Notes: a model not told the origin generated them from the sequence alone. A stretch of 64,000 bases of DNA from an uncultured Fibrobacteria bacterium (GCA_963716395.1 OY970309.1:672001-736000), one strand, 5' to 3'; shown: positions 48,443-59,707, counted from the first letter of the stretch. A program made the numbers and translations.

Positions 48443-51400
48443 ATGAACTTTCAGGATCTCGTTCTCACCTTGCAACGCTATTGGGGCCAGCGCGGCTGCC
48501 TCATCGCCCAGCCCTATGACCTGGAAAAAGGCGCGGCTACTTTCAACCCGGCCACGTTTTTGCGCGCGCTCGGACCCGAGCCATTCCACGCCGCCTTCAT
48601 CGAGCCCTGCCGCCGCCCCAAGGACGGCCGCTACGGCGACAATCCGAACCGATTGCAGCACTACTATCAATTTCAGGTGGTGCTGAAACCGAGCCCGCTC
48701 GACATCGTCGATCTCTATCTCGGGTCGCTGCGCGAAATCGGCGTCGACACTTCGCTGCATGACATTCGTTTCGTGCACGACGATTGGGAGTCGCCCACGC
48801 TCGGGGCCTGGGGTTTGGGCTGGGAGGTGTGGCTCGACGGCATGGAGATCACCCAGTTCACCTATTTCCAGCAGGTGGGCGGCCTGGATCTCAAACCCAT
48901 CATGGGTGAAATCACCTATGGGCTCGAACGGCTGTGCATGTATCTGCAGCACGTCGACAACGTTTTCAAGCTCAGGTACAACGACCGTTACTCCTACGGC
49001 GACTTGTTCCACGACAACGAGGTGCAATATTCCCGGCACAATTTCGCAGCCGCCGACACGGCCCTGCACGCCGAGTCGTTCACCCGTTTCGAAGCGGAAT
49101 GTTTGCGCCTGTGCGCCGCCGATTTGCCCGCGCCGGCTTTCGACGATTGCCTCAAGGCCAGCCACGCCTTCAATCTGCTCGATGCGCGCGGCGCGGTGTC
49201 GGTGAACGAGCGGCAGGGTTATATCCTGCGCGTGCGGACCTTGGCGAAATCCGTGGCCGAAGCCTGGAATAAACACCGGGCGGCCTTGGGCTATCCCTTG
49301 CTCAAAACCCCGGCGGGCGGCAACGCAACCGGAAACACGGCCGAAGAAGCGGCGGGTGAAATGCGCGCCGGACTGAGCGCCGAGCTGTTGAACGCGCCCC
49401 GCAGCCCCGCCGGCGTCACCGCGCCGCTGCTGGTCGAACTGGGCGTCGAAGAAATGCCGGCCCGCGTGTTCGGGCCGCTGCGGCGCGATCTGCCCGCCCT
49501 AATCGAAAAGCATCTCGCGCCGACCTTGCTCAATCCCGTGGATGTCAAGATCTTCACCACGCCGCGCCGCCTCGCCATTTCCATCAGCGCGGTTCTGCTG
49601 CGGCAACCGGATCAAAAGCTGGCGCTCAAAGGTCCGCCCGTGCATTTGGCCCAAGACGCGGCCGGCCAGTGGAGCAAGGCGGCTTTGTCTTTCGCCCAGA
49701 AAAACGGGATTACGCCGGATCAGTTGGAAATCAAAGACAACTATCTCTGCGCCGAGGTTGAAAAACCGGGCCGCGAAGCTTTGGAAATCCTGGCGGAAAT
49801 ATTTCCCAAAATCTTCGCCGAAATCCATTGGTACAAGACCATGCGCTGGGGTGACGGCGAAGGCACCCCCTTCGTGCGGCCCGTAACCTGGCTCGCGGCG
49901 CTGCTCGGCGAGCGCGTGATTCCCATGGCCTTTGCCGGCGTCGAGAGCACGGAACAAAGCCGCGGCCACCGCTTTCTGCACAATCGCCCCGTTCCCATCG
50001 CCGCCGAACGCACCGCCTATCTGGCGGCGCTGCGCGAGGCCGCGGTGATCGCCGATGCGGACGAACGCCGGGAGCTGATTCGATCGCTGTTAAGCGAAGC
50101 CGCGGACAAAGAAGGCCTGACCTGGCGGGTGGACGAAGAGTTGCTCGAAACCGTGACGTATCTAACCGAGTATCCGGTGCCGGTGATTTGCGCCTTCGAC
50201 CCGGCCCGGCTCGTCCTGCCCGAAGAAGTGCTGGTGTCGGAAATGCGCGAGCACCAGAAGCTCTTCGCCCTGCAAACCGGCGACGGCAAGCTCAGCCATT
50301 TCTTCGTGGCCATCGCCAACACCGAGGCCCGTGATTACGGCCTGATCCGCGAAGGCAATGCAAGCGTGGTGCGCGCGCGTTTTTCCGACGCCGAGTTTTT
50401 TCTGCGCGAAGACGGCAAGAAGAAGTTGGCCGACCGCCGCGACGATCTCAAGAGCATGGTCTTTCTCAAAGAGCTGGGAGGCGGCGGCAGCCTTTACCAC
50501 AAGACCCGGCGGGTGGAAAACCTCGTGGACGAATTGGGCCGCCGGCTGGAATGGCCGGCCGCTCCCATCGCCGCCGCTCGGCAGATCGCGGCCTTGTGCA
50601 AGAACGATCTCACCACCCAGATGGTGGGCGAGTTTCCCGATTTGCAGGGCATTATGGGGCGCCATTATGCGCTGGCCGACGGCCTGCCCCCCGCCGTGGC
50701 CGACGGCATCGCCGATCATTATCGCCCGCGTAACCAAAGCGACGGCTTTCCCGAAACCGCCGCAGGCGCCTTGGTGGGCATTGCCGACCGCCTCGACACC
50801 TTGGTCGCGCTCTTCGCCAAGGGCAAAGCCCCGACGGGCTCGGCCGATCCCTTTGCCCTGCGCCGCGCCTGTTGGACCTGCGCGGCCTTGGTGTTGCGCG
50901 CGGGCATCCGCCTTCCCGTCGGCGATCTCTTGCAATCGGCCCTGGACCAATTCGACGCATCCGAAATCGCCGTGGCGGAACACGCGGGTGTAATCGATGC
51001 CCTGCGAACATTTTTCCGGGGCCGGGTGCAAACCCTGTTCGCCGAAGCGGGCCGTTCGGGATTGCCCGAGGCCGTGCCGTCCGACACCTTCGACGCGGCC
51101 GCCGGCGCCAAGTCCGGCTGGGAGGATTTGCCCGGGTTGGCCGCGCGCCTGCACGCCTTGCAAACCTTTCGCGGCCGGCCGGGTTTCCGGGAAATCGCCG
51201 AGACCTTCAAACGGGTCAGCAACATCCTGAAAGACACCGTGCCCGGCGAGTTACGCCCGGAAAACCTGGCGCAGCCGGCCGAGCAAAAACTGTTGCACGC
51301 GCTGGGACAGGCCGGTTCCGCAGTCACGGCCGCGGCCCGGAACCAGGCCTGGGAAAAGGCCTTGGAAGCGGTGGCCACCTTGCGCGCGCCCGTAGCCGAA

Positions 51401-51526
51401 TTGTTCGACGCGGTCATGGTCAACGATCCCGACGCCGCGTTGCGGCAAAACCGCCAGGCTCTGCTGCAGGCCGTGCGCGAGGTGGTGCTCGAAGCGGCGG
51501 ACTTCTCGGCGTTTCAAATCGCGTGA
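48443..51526 (+). CDS. glyQS: Glycine-tRNA ligase with fused alpha and beta subunits
   Basis: Alpha motifs ([35 protein letters not shown]) are in frame with beta motifs ([38 protein letters not shown]). Confidence 0.95.
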   Translation: MNFQDLVLTLQRYWGQRGCLIAQPYDLEKGAATFNPATFLRALGPEPFHAAFIEPCRRPKDGRYGDNPNRLQHYYQFQVVLKPSPLDIVDLYLGSLREIGVDTSLHDIRFVHDDWESPTLGAWGLGWEVWLDGMEITQFTYFQQVGGLDLKPIMGEITYGLERLCMYLQHVDNVFKLRYNDRYSYGDLFHDNEVQYSRHNFAAADTALHAESFTRFEAECLRLCAADLPAPAFDDCLKASHAFNLLDARGAVSVNERQGYILRVRTLAKSVAEAWNKHRAALGYPLLKTPAGGNATGNTAEEAAGEMRAGLSAELLNAPRSPAGVTAPLLVELGVEEMPARVFGPLRRDLPALIEKHLAPTLLNPVDVKIFTTPRRLAISISAVLLRQPDQKLALKGPPVHLAQDAAGQWSKAALSFAQKNGITPDQLEIKDNYLCAEVEKPGREALEILAEIFPKIFAEIHWYKTMRWGDGEGTPFVRPVTWLAALLGERVIPMAFAGVESTEQSRGHRFLHNRPVPIAAERTAYLAALREAAVIADADERRELIRSLLSEAADKEGLTWRVDEELLETVTYLTEYPVPVICAFDPARLVLPEEVLVSEMREHQKLFALQTGDGKLSHFFVAIANTEARDYGLIREGNASVVRARFSDAEFFLREDGKKKLADRRDDLKSMVFLKELGGGGSLYHKTRRVENLVDELGRRLEWPAAPIAAARQIAALCKNDLTTQMVGEFPDLQGIMGRHYALADGLPPAVADGIADHYRPRNQSDGFPETAAGALVGIADRLDTLVALFAKGKAPTGSADPFALRRACWTCAALVLRAGIRLPVGDLLQSALDQFDASEIAVAEHAGVIDALRTFFRGRVQTLFAEAGRSGLPEAVPSDTFDAAAGAKSGWEDLPGLAARLHALQTFRGRPGFREIAETFKRVSNILKDTVPGELRPENLAQPAEQKLLHALGQAGSAVTAAARNQAWEKALEAVATLRAPVAELFDAVMVNDPDAALRQNRQALLQAVREVVLEAADFSAFQIA

Positions 51527-51543
51527 TCGACGCCCGCGGGCGT

Positions 51544-52785
51544 TTATCGGTCCGTTGCGGCCGGGTTGGGCCGGGGTCCTTCCCGTCTGTCATAGCGCCA
51601 TAGGCGCGGGCGATACCAGGAAAAAATCGCGACCCCAATCACGCAGAGGATTCCACCGGAGACGATGGAGATTTGCGTGTTGGTCAGGGCCGCGGCCAAA
51701 CCCGACTCGGCATTGCCGAGCAAAGGACCGCTCATATAGCTCACCATTTCGACGCCGGCCAACCGGCCCCGCAAACCATCAGGAATGGTGGTATTCCAAA
51801 TCGTAGTGCGGAAAATCATGCTCACCGTGTCGGCTCCGCCGGCCAGCGCGAGAAAAAACAAGGCCGGCCACAGGTGATGGGAAAAGCCGAAGGCGACCAT
51901 GGCCAGCCCCCAAAGCGACGCGGCCAGTATCACCGCCGCTCCGTAGCGGCGCACCCGCCGGGTCCACGCGCTCAACAGCGAGGTCAGGAAAGCGCCGGCG
52001 GCCGGCGCCGAATACAGCAGCCCCAGGACCCGCGCGCCGCCCAAGCCCTGCGCCACGGCCGGGAACAAGGCCATGGGCATGCCGAACACCACGGCGAGAA
52101 AATCCACGGCATAGGTTCCCAGCAACTCGTCGCGGCTCCAGGCGTAGCGAAGGCCCTCGACGATGCCGGCCAAACTGGGGGGACGCGAATGCGCCGGCGC
52201 GGGCATGGCGCGCATGGCCGCCAGAGCCCCCATCGAAACGCCGAAGCTCGCCAGGTCGCAGAAATACGTGGCGGTCAATCCGGCGGAAGCGATGAGAATC
52301 CCGCCCAAGGCCGGGCCCGCGACTTGGGCAAACGTGTTTTGCAACGAATCGAGCGCGCTGGCCGCGGGAATATCGGCGCGATCCACCAAACGCGGCGTCA
52401 TGGCGTGGTAAGCCGGACCCTGGAAACCGTTCGCCGCCGAGGCCAGCCCCGCCAGCAGATAAATCAGCCAGACTTGGGGATGCCGGCTCATGGCGTTCAA
52501 ACCATACGCCAGCGAGCACAGAGCCAGCACTCCCTGCGCCGACAACAGCAGTTTGCGCCGATCCCAGGCATCGGAATAGGCGCCGCCGAGCAGGGCGGTC
52601 AGCAGCAGCGGAACCAATTGCGCCACGCCCACCATGCCCACGGCGAAAGAGGATCCCGTGAGGTGGTAAAGCTGGTAAGGAAGCGCGACAAAGGTCAGCA
52701 TGCTCCCCACGGCCGATACCCCTTGGCCGAAAAACAGCAGGCGATACTCGCGATACCGTAGTAACGGTGTTACGTCCAGCAGCAT
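51544..52785 (-). CDS. MFS transporter (EntS/H+ antiporter-like)
   Basis: GAYSDAWDRR, GPALGG, FGMPMALFP, PDGLRGR; about 12 TMs. Confidence 0.85.
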   Translation of the reverse strand: MLLDVTPLLRYREYRLLFFGQGVSAVGSMLTFVALPYQLYHLTGSSFAVGMVGVAQLVPLLLTALLGGAYSDAWDRRKLLLSAQGVLALCSLAYGLNAMSRHPQVWLIYLLAGLASAANGFQGPAYHAMTPRLVDRADIPAASALDSLQNTFAQVAGPALGGILIASAGLTATYFCDLASFGVSMGALAAMRAMPAPAHSRPPSLAGIVEGLRYAWSRDELLGTYAVDFLAVVFGMPMALFPAVAQGLGGARVLGLLYSAPAAGAFLTSLLSAWTRRVRRYGAAVILAASLWGLAMVAFGFSHHLWPALFFLALAGGADTVSMIFRTTIWNTTIPDGLRGRLAGVEMVSYMSGPLLGNAESGLAAALTNTQISIVSGGILCVIGVAIFSWYRPRLWRYDRREGPRPNPAATDR

Positions 52786-53263
52786 GGTCTTCCGCTTTTG
52801 TTGCCGTTGCCTTAGGCCGGGCCGGGAAGCAATGCCCCGGCGGGTTTACGGCCCGCCGGCTTCTCCAACTTTGATTTCAAATTCCATTTGATACTTATAA
52901 TAAGAGATTTCAAGCTGGGCGGATTTTCAGTAGAAATCGGGTCGTGTTTTCCGTATTCCGATTTGAGACATTTCATGATACATCGCGCCAACGCTTTGGG
53001 AACCAGCCGCTTCTCAGCCCAAAATCTGAGACGGAATATTTTTGAAAGCCCTGTCCCATCTGCCCAAATTGAACCGGTTGTTTTTTCCCCTGGGAGAAAA
53101 TAAGGAAGCTGTTTCCGGAACAACGGTTCGTTTTTTCACTTGCGCACGAAATGGATCAGCTTCTCGCCGGTGAGGTAACCCAAAGCCATTTTCAAACCCC
53201 GTTAAGCCCGGGATTCCAGCCAAGCCAATTGCTACGATATGCTACATGTGCTATACCGGGAAA

Positions 53264-53398
53264 ATGAGATCTATTTCCCAAAGAGAGCTTCGCAATGATT
53301 CCGGCGGCAAACTTCGCGAGGTGCAATCCGGTCAAACCCTGATTGTGACTCGAAACGGGAGGTCGGTGAAGAGTTCGGCCTCCCGCAGATCCGGGTAG
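53264..53398 (+). pseudogene. Truncated Phd/YefM-family antitoxin
   Basis: Manual translation MRSISQRELRNDSGGKLREVQSGQTLIVTRNGRSV... matches the Phd N-terminal domain, then stops at 44 aa; no toxin follows. Confidence 0.65.
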
Positions 53399-53519
53399 AG
53401 GGCTTTGGGAAACGCCTGCGTGCCCGGGTGGTTTCTCCCGTGCCCCTGGGGCCGAAAAGAAAAGAGCTTTTGCCCGAAGTAGGCCTTAGCAATCGGGAGT
53501 AAATAACTCCATTTTCCAT
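53359..53519 (-). pseudogene. Remnant of an AAA_14/DUF4143-type ATPase
   Basis: YSRLLRPTSGKSSFLFGPRGTGETT (Walker A K to E), frameshift into ALYPDLREAELFTDL, then truncated. Confidence 0.6.
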
Positions 53520-53579
53520 ACATTATTGGAGTTTATGAATCCGAATTTAAGCAGTGCCGTATTGACGCGATTCCCTTCG

Positions 53580-55670
53580 CTATTTCTTGCCCTGCGCAGC
53601 GGGCGCCGGCGGCGGGATGCCCGCATCGATCCCGGGTCGGTTGGGGAAAGACCGGCCGCGAAGGTCATGCCCGGAAATGCAAGGGCCGTCACAATTGAAT
53701 TTCGGAAAATATTGTCCCGCCCCTGGAGTCGGGCGGGAGTTCGGGGAACCGGGTCGGCGGATCGAACTGGAAGCGTTATAGGACGAGGGAATTTTAAAGG
53801 CAAAACCACCGTCGGTGTTGACCGCGATCGACAAGGGAGTTGACGACTGGATGGACAAGGTCTGCTTGACCATGGTGCGCGCCGTGCCTGCTGAATCCCG
53901 GTACAAATCCACCGAATAGGTTCCGGGCTTAATGAAGTCGAGCGGAACCGAGATGGTATGCGCGGCCACGGCGCTGATGCCGGCCACATACCAATCGTTT
54001 CCCTTGCGGCGCGCCAAGACGACGCTTTGCCCGGGATTGCCGCTGAGGAAATGGATGTCGTCCCACGCCGAAGGCACGGTCTTTAGAAAAGGATATCCCA
54101 CGCTGGCTTGGTACGAGGCCGGGTTATCGGCGAAGTGCTGAATACCCGATTCAAAAATCACCGACAAGGCCAGTTCATGGGCGTCGGTGGTGGTCCTTTC
54201 GGAGGGAACGCCATTGGTCAACATTCCGGTGGTGAAAAGAACCGGCGTGACATCCATGGGCCCGATGACGTTGCGCGTGAAGGGCAGAGTGCAATTGTGC
54301 CCGGGACCGGGAAACCCGCGGCCGTAGTATTCATCCCCTTTCACAGCTTCCCAGGTCATGAGATTCGGCCATCGGCGCCGTTGGCCCCTCGGAACCGTGG
54401 CCCCGTGCAAAGTGCCCATCAGCTTGTATTTGATCAAATTAAGCGCGGTCATGTCGTACCATTGCATGGTGGCCTGATTGTCGCTGCCGATAAAATCAAT
54501 CTTGAGGCTTTTAACGCCCCAGGTCTGGGCTTGCGAGAAGATGGCGTCTTCCTTGGCCTGCGTATTTACGGCGGAATAGTTGTACCAGAGTTCGTCCCCC
54601 ACCGAATCCTGATTTGCCGTTTGCATCAACTGGGGCATTTGGGATTGATTGAATCCGTCGTCGGTCAGGTTGTATTCCCATCCCGTCTGATGCGCGAAGT
54701 TCAGGTAGGTTTGCTGCAAGGACAAATCCCCGGTTCCCTGGGACAGCCAGGACCATGCGGCCCGCCCCGATTTGATCCAACTCATATCCGTGATCTCATT
54801 CGGGGGATTGAGATCCTCGGTGACCGACGATTCCACGATAGGCGCCAAGGTCGCTCCCACCATGGCCACCCGCCACGGCGTCGTCCAAGGCAGGGTTCCC
54901 GACAAGGAAGCCTGCGGGAATTTCACCATGAAAACGTTCGCCGCATTCGCCAGGAGACTCAGGTGGCTCGCGCAATAGTCCCCGTAAACGGCGGCTTCGG
55001 AAAGCAAAACCCAGGATCCGTTCGGAGCATGGAACAGGGCCGGAAAGGCCATATCTTCGGACTTATAACTGGTGCCCACGGTGCCCGGATCGTAGGTGGC
55101 CTCGTAATAACCGGAGAAATTCTGCACCCATCCGGCGCTTCCCGTGGCCACGTTGAAACCCGATTGCTCGCCCGTGATGGTAGCGTTCCCGTTACCGATC
55201 AGTTCATACCGAAAGGCGACGGCGTCATTGTAGGCGCGGAACACCATGGCCACCTGGCTGTTGTTGGCGTTTTTGAAAAGCAAGGTGGTTTGGTTCGCGT
55301 TATTGGTATACACGCTTCTTTTTCCGCTGGGGAGGGAGTATTGCTCGTGGATCACCGAGTCCGTCTGGCTCACAAAGGTCAGGCCGGAGACAAAATTTTG
55401 GTTGCTCGTTATGATTCCCAGCGGCGACCAATCCAAGACCAGTGAGTCGCCGACGGAAACCTGGTAATAGCAATCCGTCTGATTGGGGAAGAGGCTGGAA
55501 ATCACAGCTTGTTTCACCGTGATCGCAACCGAATCATTCGGCGAAGTGAGCGTCCAGGGTTGGGCCCAAACCCCGGAACAGGCGGCGAAGAGGAACCACA
55601 GTGAAAAAAACCGCTTGGGAAACACACCTGTTGAGACCGAAGTTGCGTCGGAAGTTGTTCTCACGGCCAT
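53580..55670 (-). CDS. Glycoside hydrolase family 97 (alpha-glucosidase/galactosidase), secreted
   Basis: LTSPN start, FRAYNDAVAFRY, TPWRV, SWIKSG..AWSW, KIDF, HGA..P.G.RR.WPN, PFTRNVIGPMD, W.D...L.G.PG. Confidence 0.9.
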   Translation of the reverse strand: MAVRTTSDATSVSTGVFPKRFFSLWFLFAACSGVWAQPWTLTSPNDSVAITVKQAVISSLFPNQTDCYYQVSVGDSLVLDWSPLGIITSNQNFVSGLTFVSQTDSVIHEQYSLPSGKRSVYTNNANQTTLLFKNANNSQVAMVFRAYNDAVAFRYELIGNGNATITGEQSGFNVATGSAGWVQNFSGYYEATYDPGTVGTSYKSEDMAFPALFHAPNGSWVLLSEAAVYGDYCASHLSLLANAANVFMVKFPQASLSGTLPWTTPWRVAMVGATLAPIVESSVTEDLNPPNEITDMSWIKSGRAAWSWLSQGTGDLSLQQTYLNFAHQTGWEYNLTDDGFNQSQMPQLMQTANQDSVGDELWYNYSAVNTQAKEDAIFSQAQTWGVKSLKIDFIGSDNQATMQWYDMTALNLIKYKLMGTLHGATVPRGQRRRWPNLMTWEAVKGDEYYGRGFPGPGHNCTLPFTRNVIGPMDVTPVLFTTGMLTNGVPSERTTTDAHELALSVIFESGIQHFADNPASYQASVGYPFLKTVPSAWDDIHFLSGNPGQSVVLARRKGNDWYVAGISAVAAHTISVPLDFIKPGTYSVDLYRDSAGTARTMVKQTLSIQSSTPLSIAVNTDGGFAFKIPSSYNASSSIRRPGSPNSRPTPGAGQYFPKFNCDGPCISGHDLRGRSFPNRPGIDAGIPPPAPAAQGKK

Positions 55671-55949
55671 GCCTTTCTCTTTCCATCATGCGCGATTGCG
55701 CGACCTACGAAATCGGTTTGTTTTTCATTGTTGGCCTGAATTCTGGACCGCCAAAAATTTGCGCTGCGTACTAAAAATACGCGCACGAAAAATTTTCGCC
55801 CGCGATTTTCCAGCTATTCAAGCGATCCGCAAAGCCCTCAAACCGCCCATCGATTCCGTCTCCAATCGCTTCGGACGCCTGGCCGACGGCGGAACGTGCT
55901 AGAGATTCCGGGCACACGGCGAGCAAGCCGTTCGACTTCGGAGAGATGC

Positions 55950-57110
55950 CTACGCCGGACGCCAGACCGGCTGCGGCACCCGACGGGCAGCCGCGCGGGT
56001 TTTGGCGGCGGCGCGGGCCACGCGTTCAATCACCCGCAGCGTGGCGTCCAAACCGTCATAGCGCGGATGGCGCTTCCAGAACAATTCCAGGCCGCGCAAC
56101 AGCGCCGCCCGCCGCGCTTCGAAGTCGCCCCACACCGCGGGCGTGAAGCGGTGCATGGCGCAGGCCATGCCGCAGCCGCTGCGCTCCAGGGCCAGGGCGT
56201 TGAGTTCCTGCTCCACCACGTCGGCTTCGGGCAAGGCGAGCACGGGCTTTCCGAAGGCGATGGCTTCGCCCAAGACTTGGTTGCCGGCCGTGGTGAGCAA
56301 GGCCCGCGACCGGGCCAGGCTGGCCAGAAAGCCCGACGGCGAAATGGGACGCAGGCGGATATGCCCGGGCCGCTCGGCCGCCAATTGTTCCGTGGTCCAC
56401 CCGGAAAAAATTTCAAACGTCTGTTCGCCCAACGCGGCCAGGACGGGCAGCAGTCCTCCCAGGTAACGCGGGTGTTTCAGGTACACCGTCACGACGGCGC
56501 CGTCGGCGGCGGGATAACTCTCGCGGTCGACCGGCAAAAACGGCCCCACGAATACGGCGCGGCTGCCCCGTCGCTTGGGAAAGTGATGGAAAGAGCTGAC
56601 CACGATGCGCCGCGGCCATCCCGACAACAGTTGGGTGCAGAACCGGTACACCCACAGTTCCAGGCGGCTGCCGAGACCGCGCAGAGGCGGCAGCACGGTT
56701 TCGGTAAGGAAGTGCTGGTGATCCACGGCCACCAGCGGCGCATGCAGAGAGCGCGCCAGGCGGCAGGCCATGGGTTCGAAATCGGAGATCACCACGTCGG
56801 GCCGGAAGCGCCGGGCCTGCTCTTCGGCGGCGCGAAAGGCGGCGCTGTGCCGCAACCCGATTTGGATCAACGGAACCACGTTGCCGGCGAAGGTGCGCCA
56901 CAAAGACATGGCCCCGCGGGCCGTGAAACGATAGCGCAGCAACGGGATCTCCATGAGCCGGAAGCGACGGGGATCCAGCACCGACAGAGCGTCGCCGCCC
57001 GTCATCACCAGCACGTCATGGCCGCGCTCCATCAAGGCGCGCACGATGCGCGCGCTGCGGGTCGCATGCCCGCGGCCTTCGCCCTGGATGCCGTACAGCA
57101 CCCTAACCAC
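55950..57110 (-). CDS. GT-B glycosyltransferase (MJ1255/GT28-like)
   Basis: VLYGIQGEGRGHATRS, PDVVISDFEP, VDHQH, TAGNQ..GEA...GKP, EQ.LNA; start uncertain (ATG 57167 is possible). Confidence 0.85.
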   Translation of the reverse strand: MVRVLYGIQGEGRGHATRSARIVRALMERGHDVLVMTGGDALSVLDPRRFRLMEIPLLRYRFTARGAMSLWRTFAGNVVPLIQIGLRHSAAFRAAEEQARRFRPDVVISDFEPMACRLARSLHAPLVAVDHQHFLTETVLPPLRGLGSRLELWVYRFCTQLLSGWPRRIVVSSFHHFPKRRGSRAVFVGPFLPVDRESYPAADGAVVTVYLKHPRYLGGLLPVLAALGEQTFEIFSGWTTEQLAAERPGHIRLRPISPSGFLASLARSRALLTTAGNQVLGEAIAFGKPVLALPEADVVEQELNALALERSGCGMACAMHRFTPAVWGDFEARRAALLRGLELFWKRHPRYDGLDATLRVIERVARAAAKTRAAARRVPQPVWRPA

Positions 57111-57283
57111 GCGCGCCCGCCTTCGCACCGACACCCACGCGCCTTCCGGCGCCGGGGAAACGGGCACCCGTCCGGCGGCGCGGGCGGGCGCAGGAATTTA
57201 AGGAGCAACGGGGATTGCCGCGTTCCAGGAATTTGCATGCAGACCGCCGACCCGGAAACACATCCCCAGTGTAGGTCGGAAAT

Positions 57284-57323
57284 GTTACCGTCTCGCTAAT
57301 GAGACGTCACAACAAGGTTACAG
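57284..57323 (-). promoter_or_regulatory. Pho-box-like direct repeats with 11-bp period
   Basis: On the minus strand CTGTAAC-N4-TTGTGAC-N4-CATTAGC-N4-CGGTAAC, upstream of the glycosyltransferase. Confidence 0.45.
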
Positions 57324-57363
57324 TCGCGGGAGCCCCGCCATACCTGGGCACGCCGGCGACGCC

Positions 57364-57939
57364 TTACTCATTGTATTGCGAAGACTTGCGCAATTCCGCC
57401 AGGTCCGCCAGCACCTCGGCGCTGTGGCCGGCCGGCTTTACGCCCCGGTAGATTTTGGCCACCTTCCCGGCCGGGTCGATGAGAAAGGTCGTGCGGGCCG
57501 CCAGCGTATGGCCCTTCCACTGCATGAGACAACCGTATCGCGTCACCACCGTGGCCGCCGTGTCGGACAGCAATTTGAATCCCAACTTTTCCTGGGAACA
57601 GAACCCTTGATGCGAGCCGACCGGGTCGACGCTGACGCCCACGATCACGGCGCCCGCTTGGGCGTACAGCGAAGAGTCGTGCTGGAAATTATGCGCCTCC
57701 AAGGTGCAGCCTTTGGTGAAATCTTTGGGATAGAAATACAGCACCACCCAGTGGCCACGGAATTGATGCAGGCTGGTTTCGATTCCGGATTGATTGGGGA
57801 GTTGAAAGTCCGGGGCCATTTGCCCGACCTGAATCGAATCCGGTGCTGGTGTCGTAGCGCCGAAGGCGACTCCTGCCGACAAGAGGGAAAGGCTGGCGGC
57901 GAACAGGGTCACGGTACGACGGACGGAATGATGGAACAT
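57364..57939 (-). CDS. bcp: Peroxiredoxin Q/Bcp with signal peptide
   Basis: APDF, VLYFYPKDFTKGCT.EA, GVSVD, RTTFLID; RBS AGGAGG. Confidence 0.88.
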   Translation of the reverse strand: MFHHSVRRTVTLFAASLSLLSAGVAFGATTPAPDSIQVGQMAPDFQLPNQSGIETSLHQFRGHWVVLYFYPKDFTKGCTLEAHNFQHDSSLYAQAGAVIVGVSVDPVGSHQGFCSQEKLGFKLLSDTAATVVTRYGCLMQWKGHTLAARTTFLIDPAGKVAKIYRGVKPAGHSAEVLADLAELRKSSQYNE

Positions 57940-58027
57940 GGAATCCTCCTGCGAAAGCGATATGGGAACCTAGCATGAAATACAAGTTTCTAAAACTCGC
58001 GGCGGCAGCCAGGGGGTGATTTTCGCG

Positions 58028-59707
58028 TCAGCCGCTTTTTTTCAGCAACTCACGGGCATGGCGCAGGGCGGCTTCCGAGCTTTCGCCGCCCATCATGCGC
58101 GCCAATTCTGCCGCCCGCTCCTTTTCGCGCAGAGGAAACATGCGAGTTACGGTGCGCCCGCCTTGCAAATGTTTTTCCACGCAATAGTGCCGCTCGGCCT
58201 GCGCCGCCACCTGGTGCAAATGGGTGATGACCAGCAATTGGTGATGCGCCGCCAATTCCGCCAACGCTTCGCCCACGCGCAAGGCCGTGCTTCCCCCGAT
58301 GCCGGTGTCGAGTTCGTCGAACACCAGCACCGGCCGCGGGTCGCTGTGCGCCAGCGCGCCTTTGACCGCCAGCATTACACGCGAAATCTCGCCGCCCGAA
58401 GCGCTTTGCCGCAGCGGCTTGCTGGGTTCGCCGGGATTGGCGGCCAGGTAAAATTCCACGGCATCCATGCCGTTCGCCTGCAAGCCCAGAAATCCCTGCT
58501 CGGGCGACAGCGCCTGCACCCGCGTTTCCAACCGGCTGCCTTCCATGCCCAATTGCCCGAGGCGCGCCGTGACGGCGGCATCGAAGCGCTGCGCGGCCTG
58601 CCGGCGTTTTTCCGACAAAGCCGCGGCCGCGCTCCGGGCGGCCGCCAGCGCCGTTTCGCGCTGGTCCCGCAGCGCCGCCGTTTCCACCCCGGCGTTTTCC
58701 ATGCGCGCGATCTCCTCGGCGCGGCGATCATGCAGGGCGATGAGTCCGTCCAAATCGGTTTTGTATTTGCTCCGCAGACGTTGCAGCAGGGCCAGGCGCG
58801 CGTTCAGCGCGTCGAGGCGTTCGGGCTCGGCGGCTTCGGGCACGTCGAGACGCCGCAGCGCGTCGCGCAACCCCGACAGCGCGGCGTTCGCCTCGGCGAC
58901 GGGTTCCGCTTCGCCGGCCAGGGCCGTCGGCTCAAGATGACGCAAGAGCGCCGGCAATTCCCGTTCGAGCCGGCCCAGCGCACCCAAGGCGCCGGCCGGG
59001 CCTTCCAAGGCGTCGAGGCAGGCGGCGCGGCCGGCCGTGATTTTTTCCAGGCCCGCCAGCATTTTCAATGCGCTTTCGAGACGCTCCTCTTCGCCGGCTT
59101 GCAATCCGGCCTTGTCGAGTTCCTGGAATTGAAAGCGCAAAAATTCGCTTTGCTCGCGCAGCCGCGCGGCGTCTTCTTCGACCCGGCGTAAATCCTGGTC
59201 AGCCGCGCGCGCCTCGGCGTACCGCCGGCCGAATGCGGCGGCTTCGTCGCCGAGCCCGGCGTAACCGTCGAGATACGCCCCGTGGTGGGCGGCGTCGAGC
59301 AGGCCCTGCTGCTCGTGCTGCCCGTGCAGATCGACCAAACGCCGGCCCACGGCTTCGAGATCGCCCAAGGCCACCAAGGTGCCGTTCACGCGGCTGCGGC
59401 TTTTTCCCGCCGCCGTCACCTCGCGCTCCAAGGTCAACTCCTCTTCGGCGTCCAATTCCAGGCGCTGGAGCACGGCGCGCAGTTCGGGATCGGGCGGAAG
59501 ATCGAAGACGGCTTCGACCCGTAATTTGTCCGCGCCGCGGCGGATGGAATCGGATTTGGCCTTGGCCCCGAGCAGCAGTTTGAGTGCGCCGGTCACGATG
59601 GATTTCCCCGCGCCGGTTTCGCCCGTGATGGCCGTGAAGCCCGGCTCGAAAACGAGATCGACCGCGTCGAGAATGGCGAAATCGCGGATGCTAAGGCTTT
59701 TGAGCAT
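58028..59707 (-). CDS. recN: DNA repair protein RecN
   Basis: TGETGAGKS, LHGQHEQ, NPGEP..PL..ASGGEISR, FDELDTGIGG, ITHL.QVAA. Confidence 0.96.
   Translation of the reverse strand: MLKSLSIRDFAILDAVDLVFEPGFTAITGETGAGKSIVTGALKLLLGAKAKSDSIRRGADKLRVEAVFDLPPDPELRAVLQRLELDAEEELTLEREVTAAGKSRSRVNGTLVALGDLEAVGRRLVDLHGQHEQQGLLDAAHHGAYLDGYAGLGDEAAAFGRRYAEARAADQDLRRVEEDAARLREQSEFLRFQFQELDKAGLQAGEEERLESALKMLAGLEKITAGRAACLDALEGPAGALGALGRLERELPALLRHLEPTALAGEAEPVAEANAALSGLRDALRRLDVPEAAEPERLDALNARLALLQRLRSKYKTDLDGLIALHDRRAEEIARMENAGVETAALRDQRETALAAARSAAAALSEKRRQAAQRFDAAVTARLGQLGMEGSRLETRVQALSPEQGFLGLQANGMDAVEFYLAANPGEPSKPLRQSASGGEISRVMLAVKGALAHSDPRPVLVFDELDTGIGGSTALRVGEALAELAAHHQLLVITHLHQVAAQAERHYCVEKHLQGGRTVTRMFPLREKERAAELARMMGGESSEAALRHARELLKKSG

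Noticed and set aside
52812-53223. Short ORFs in an AT-richer gap
   Set aside because: No recognisable family or consistent frame; probably decayed DNA
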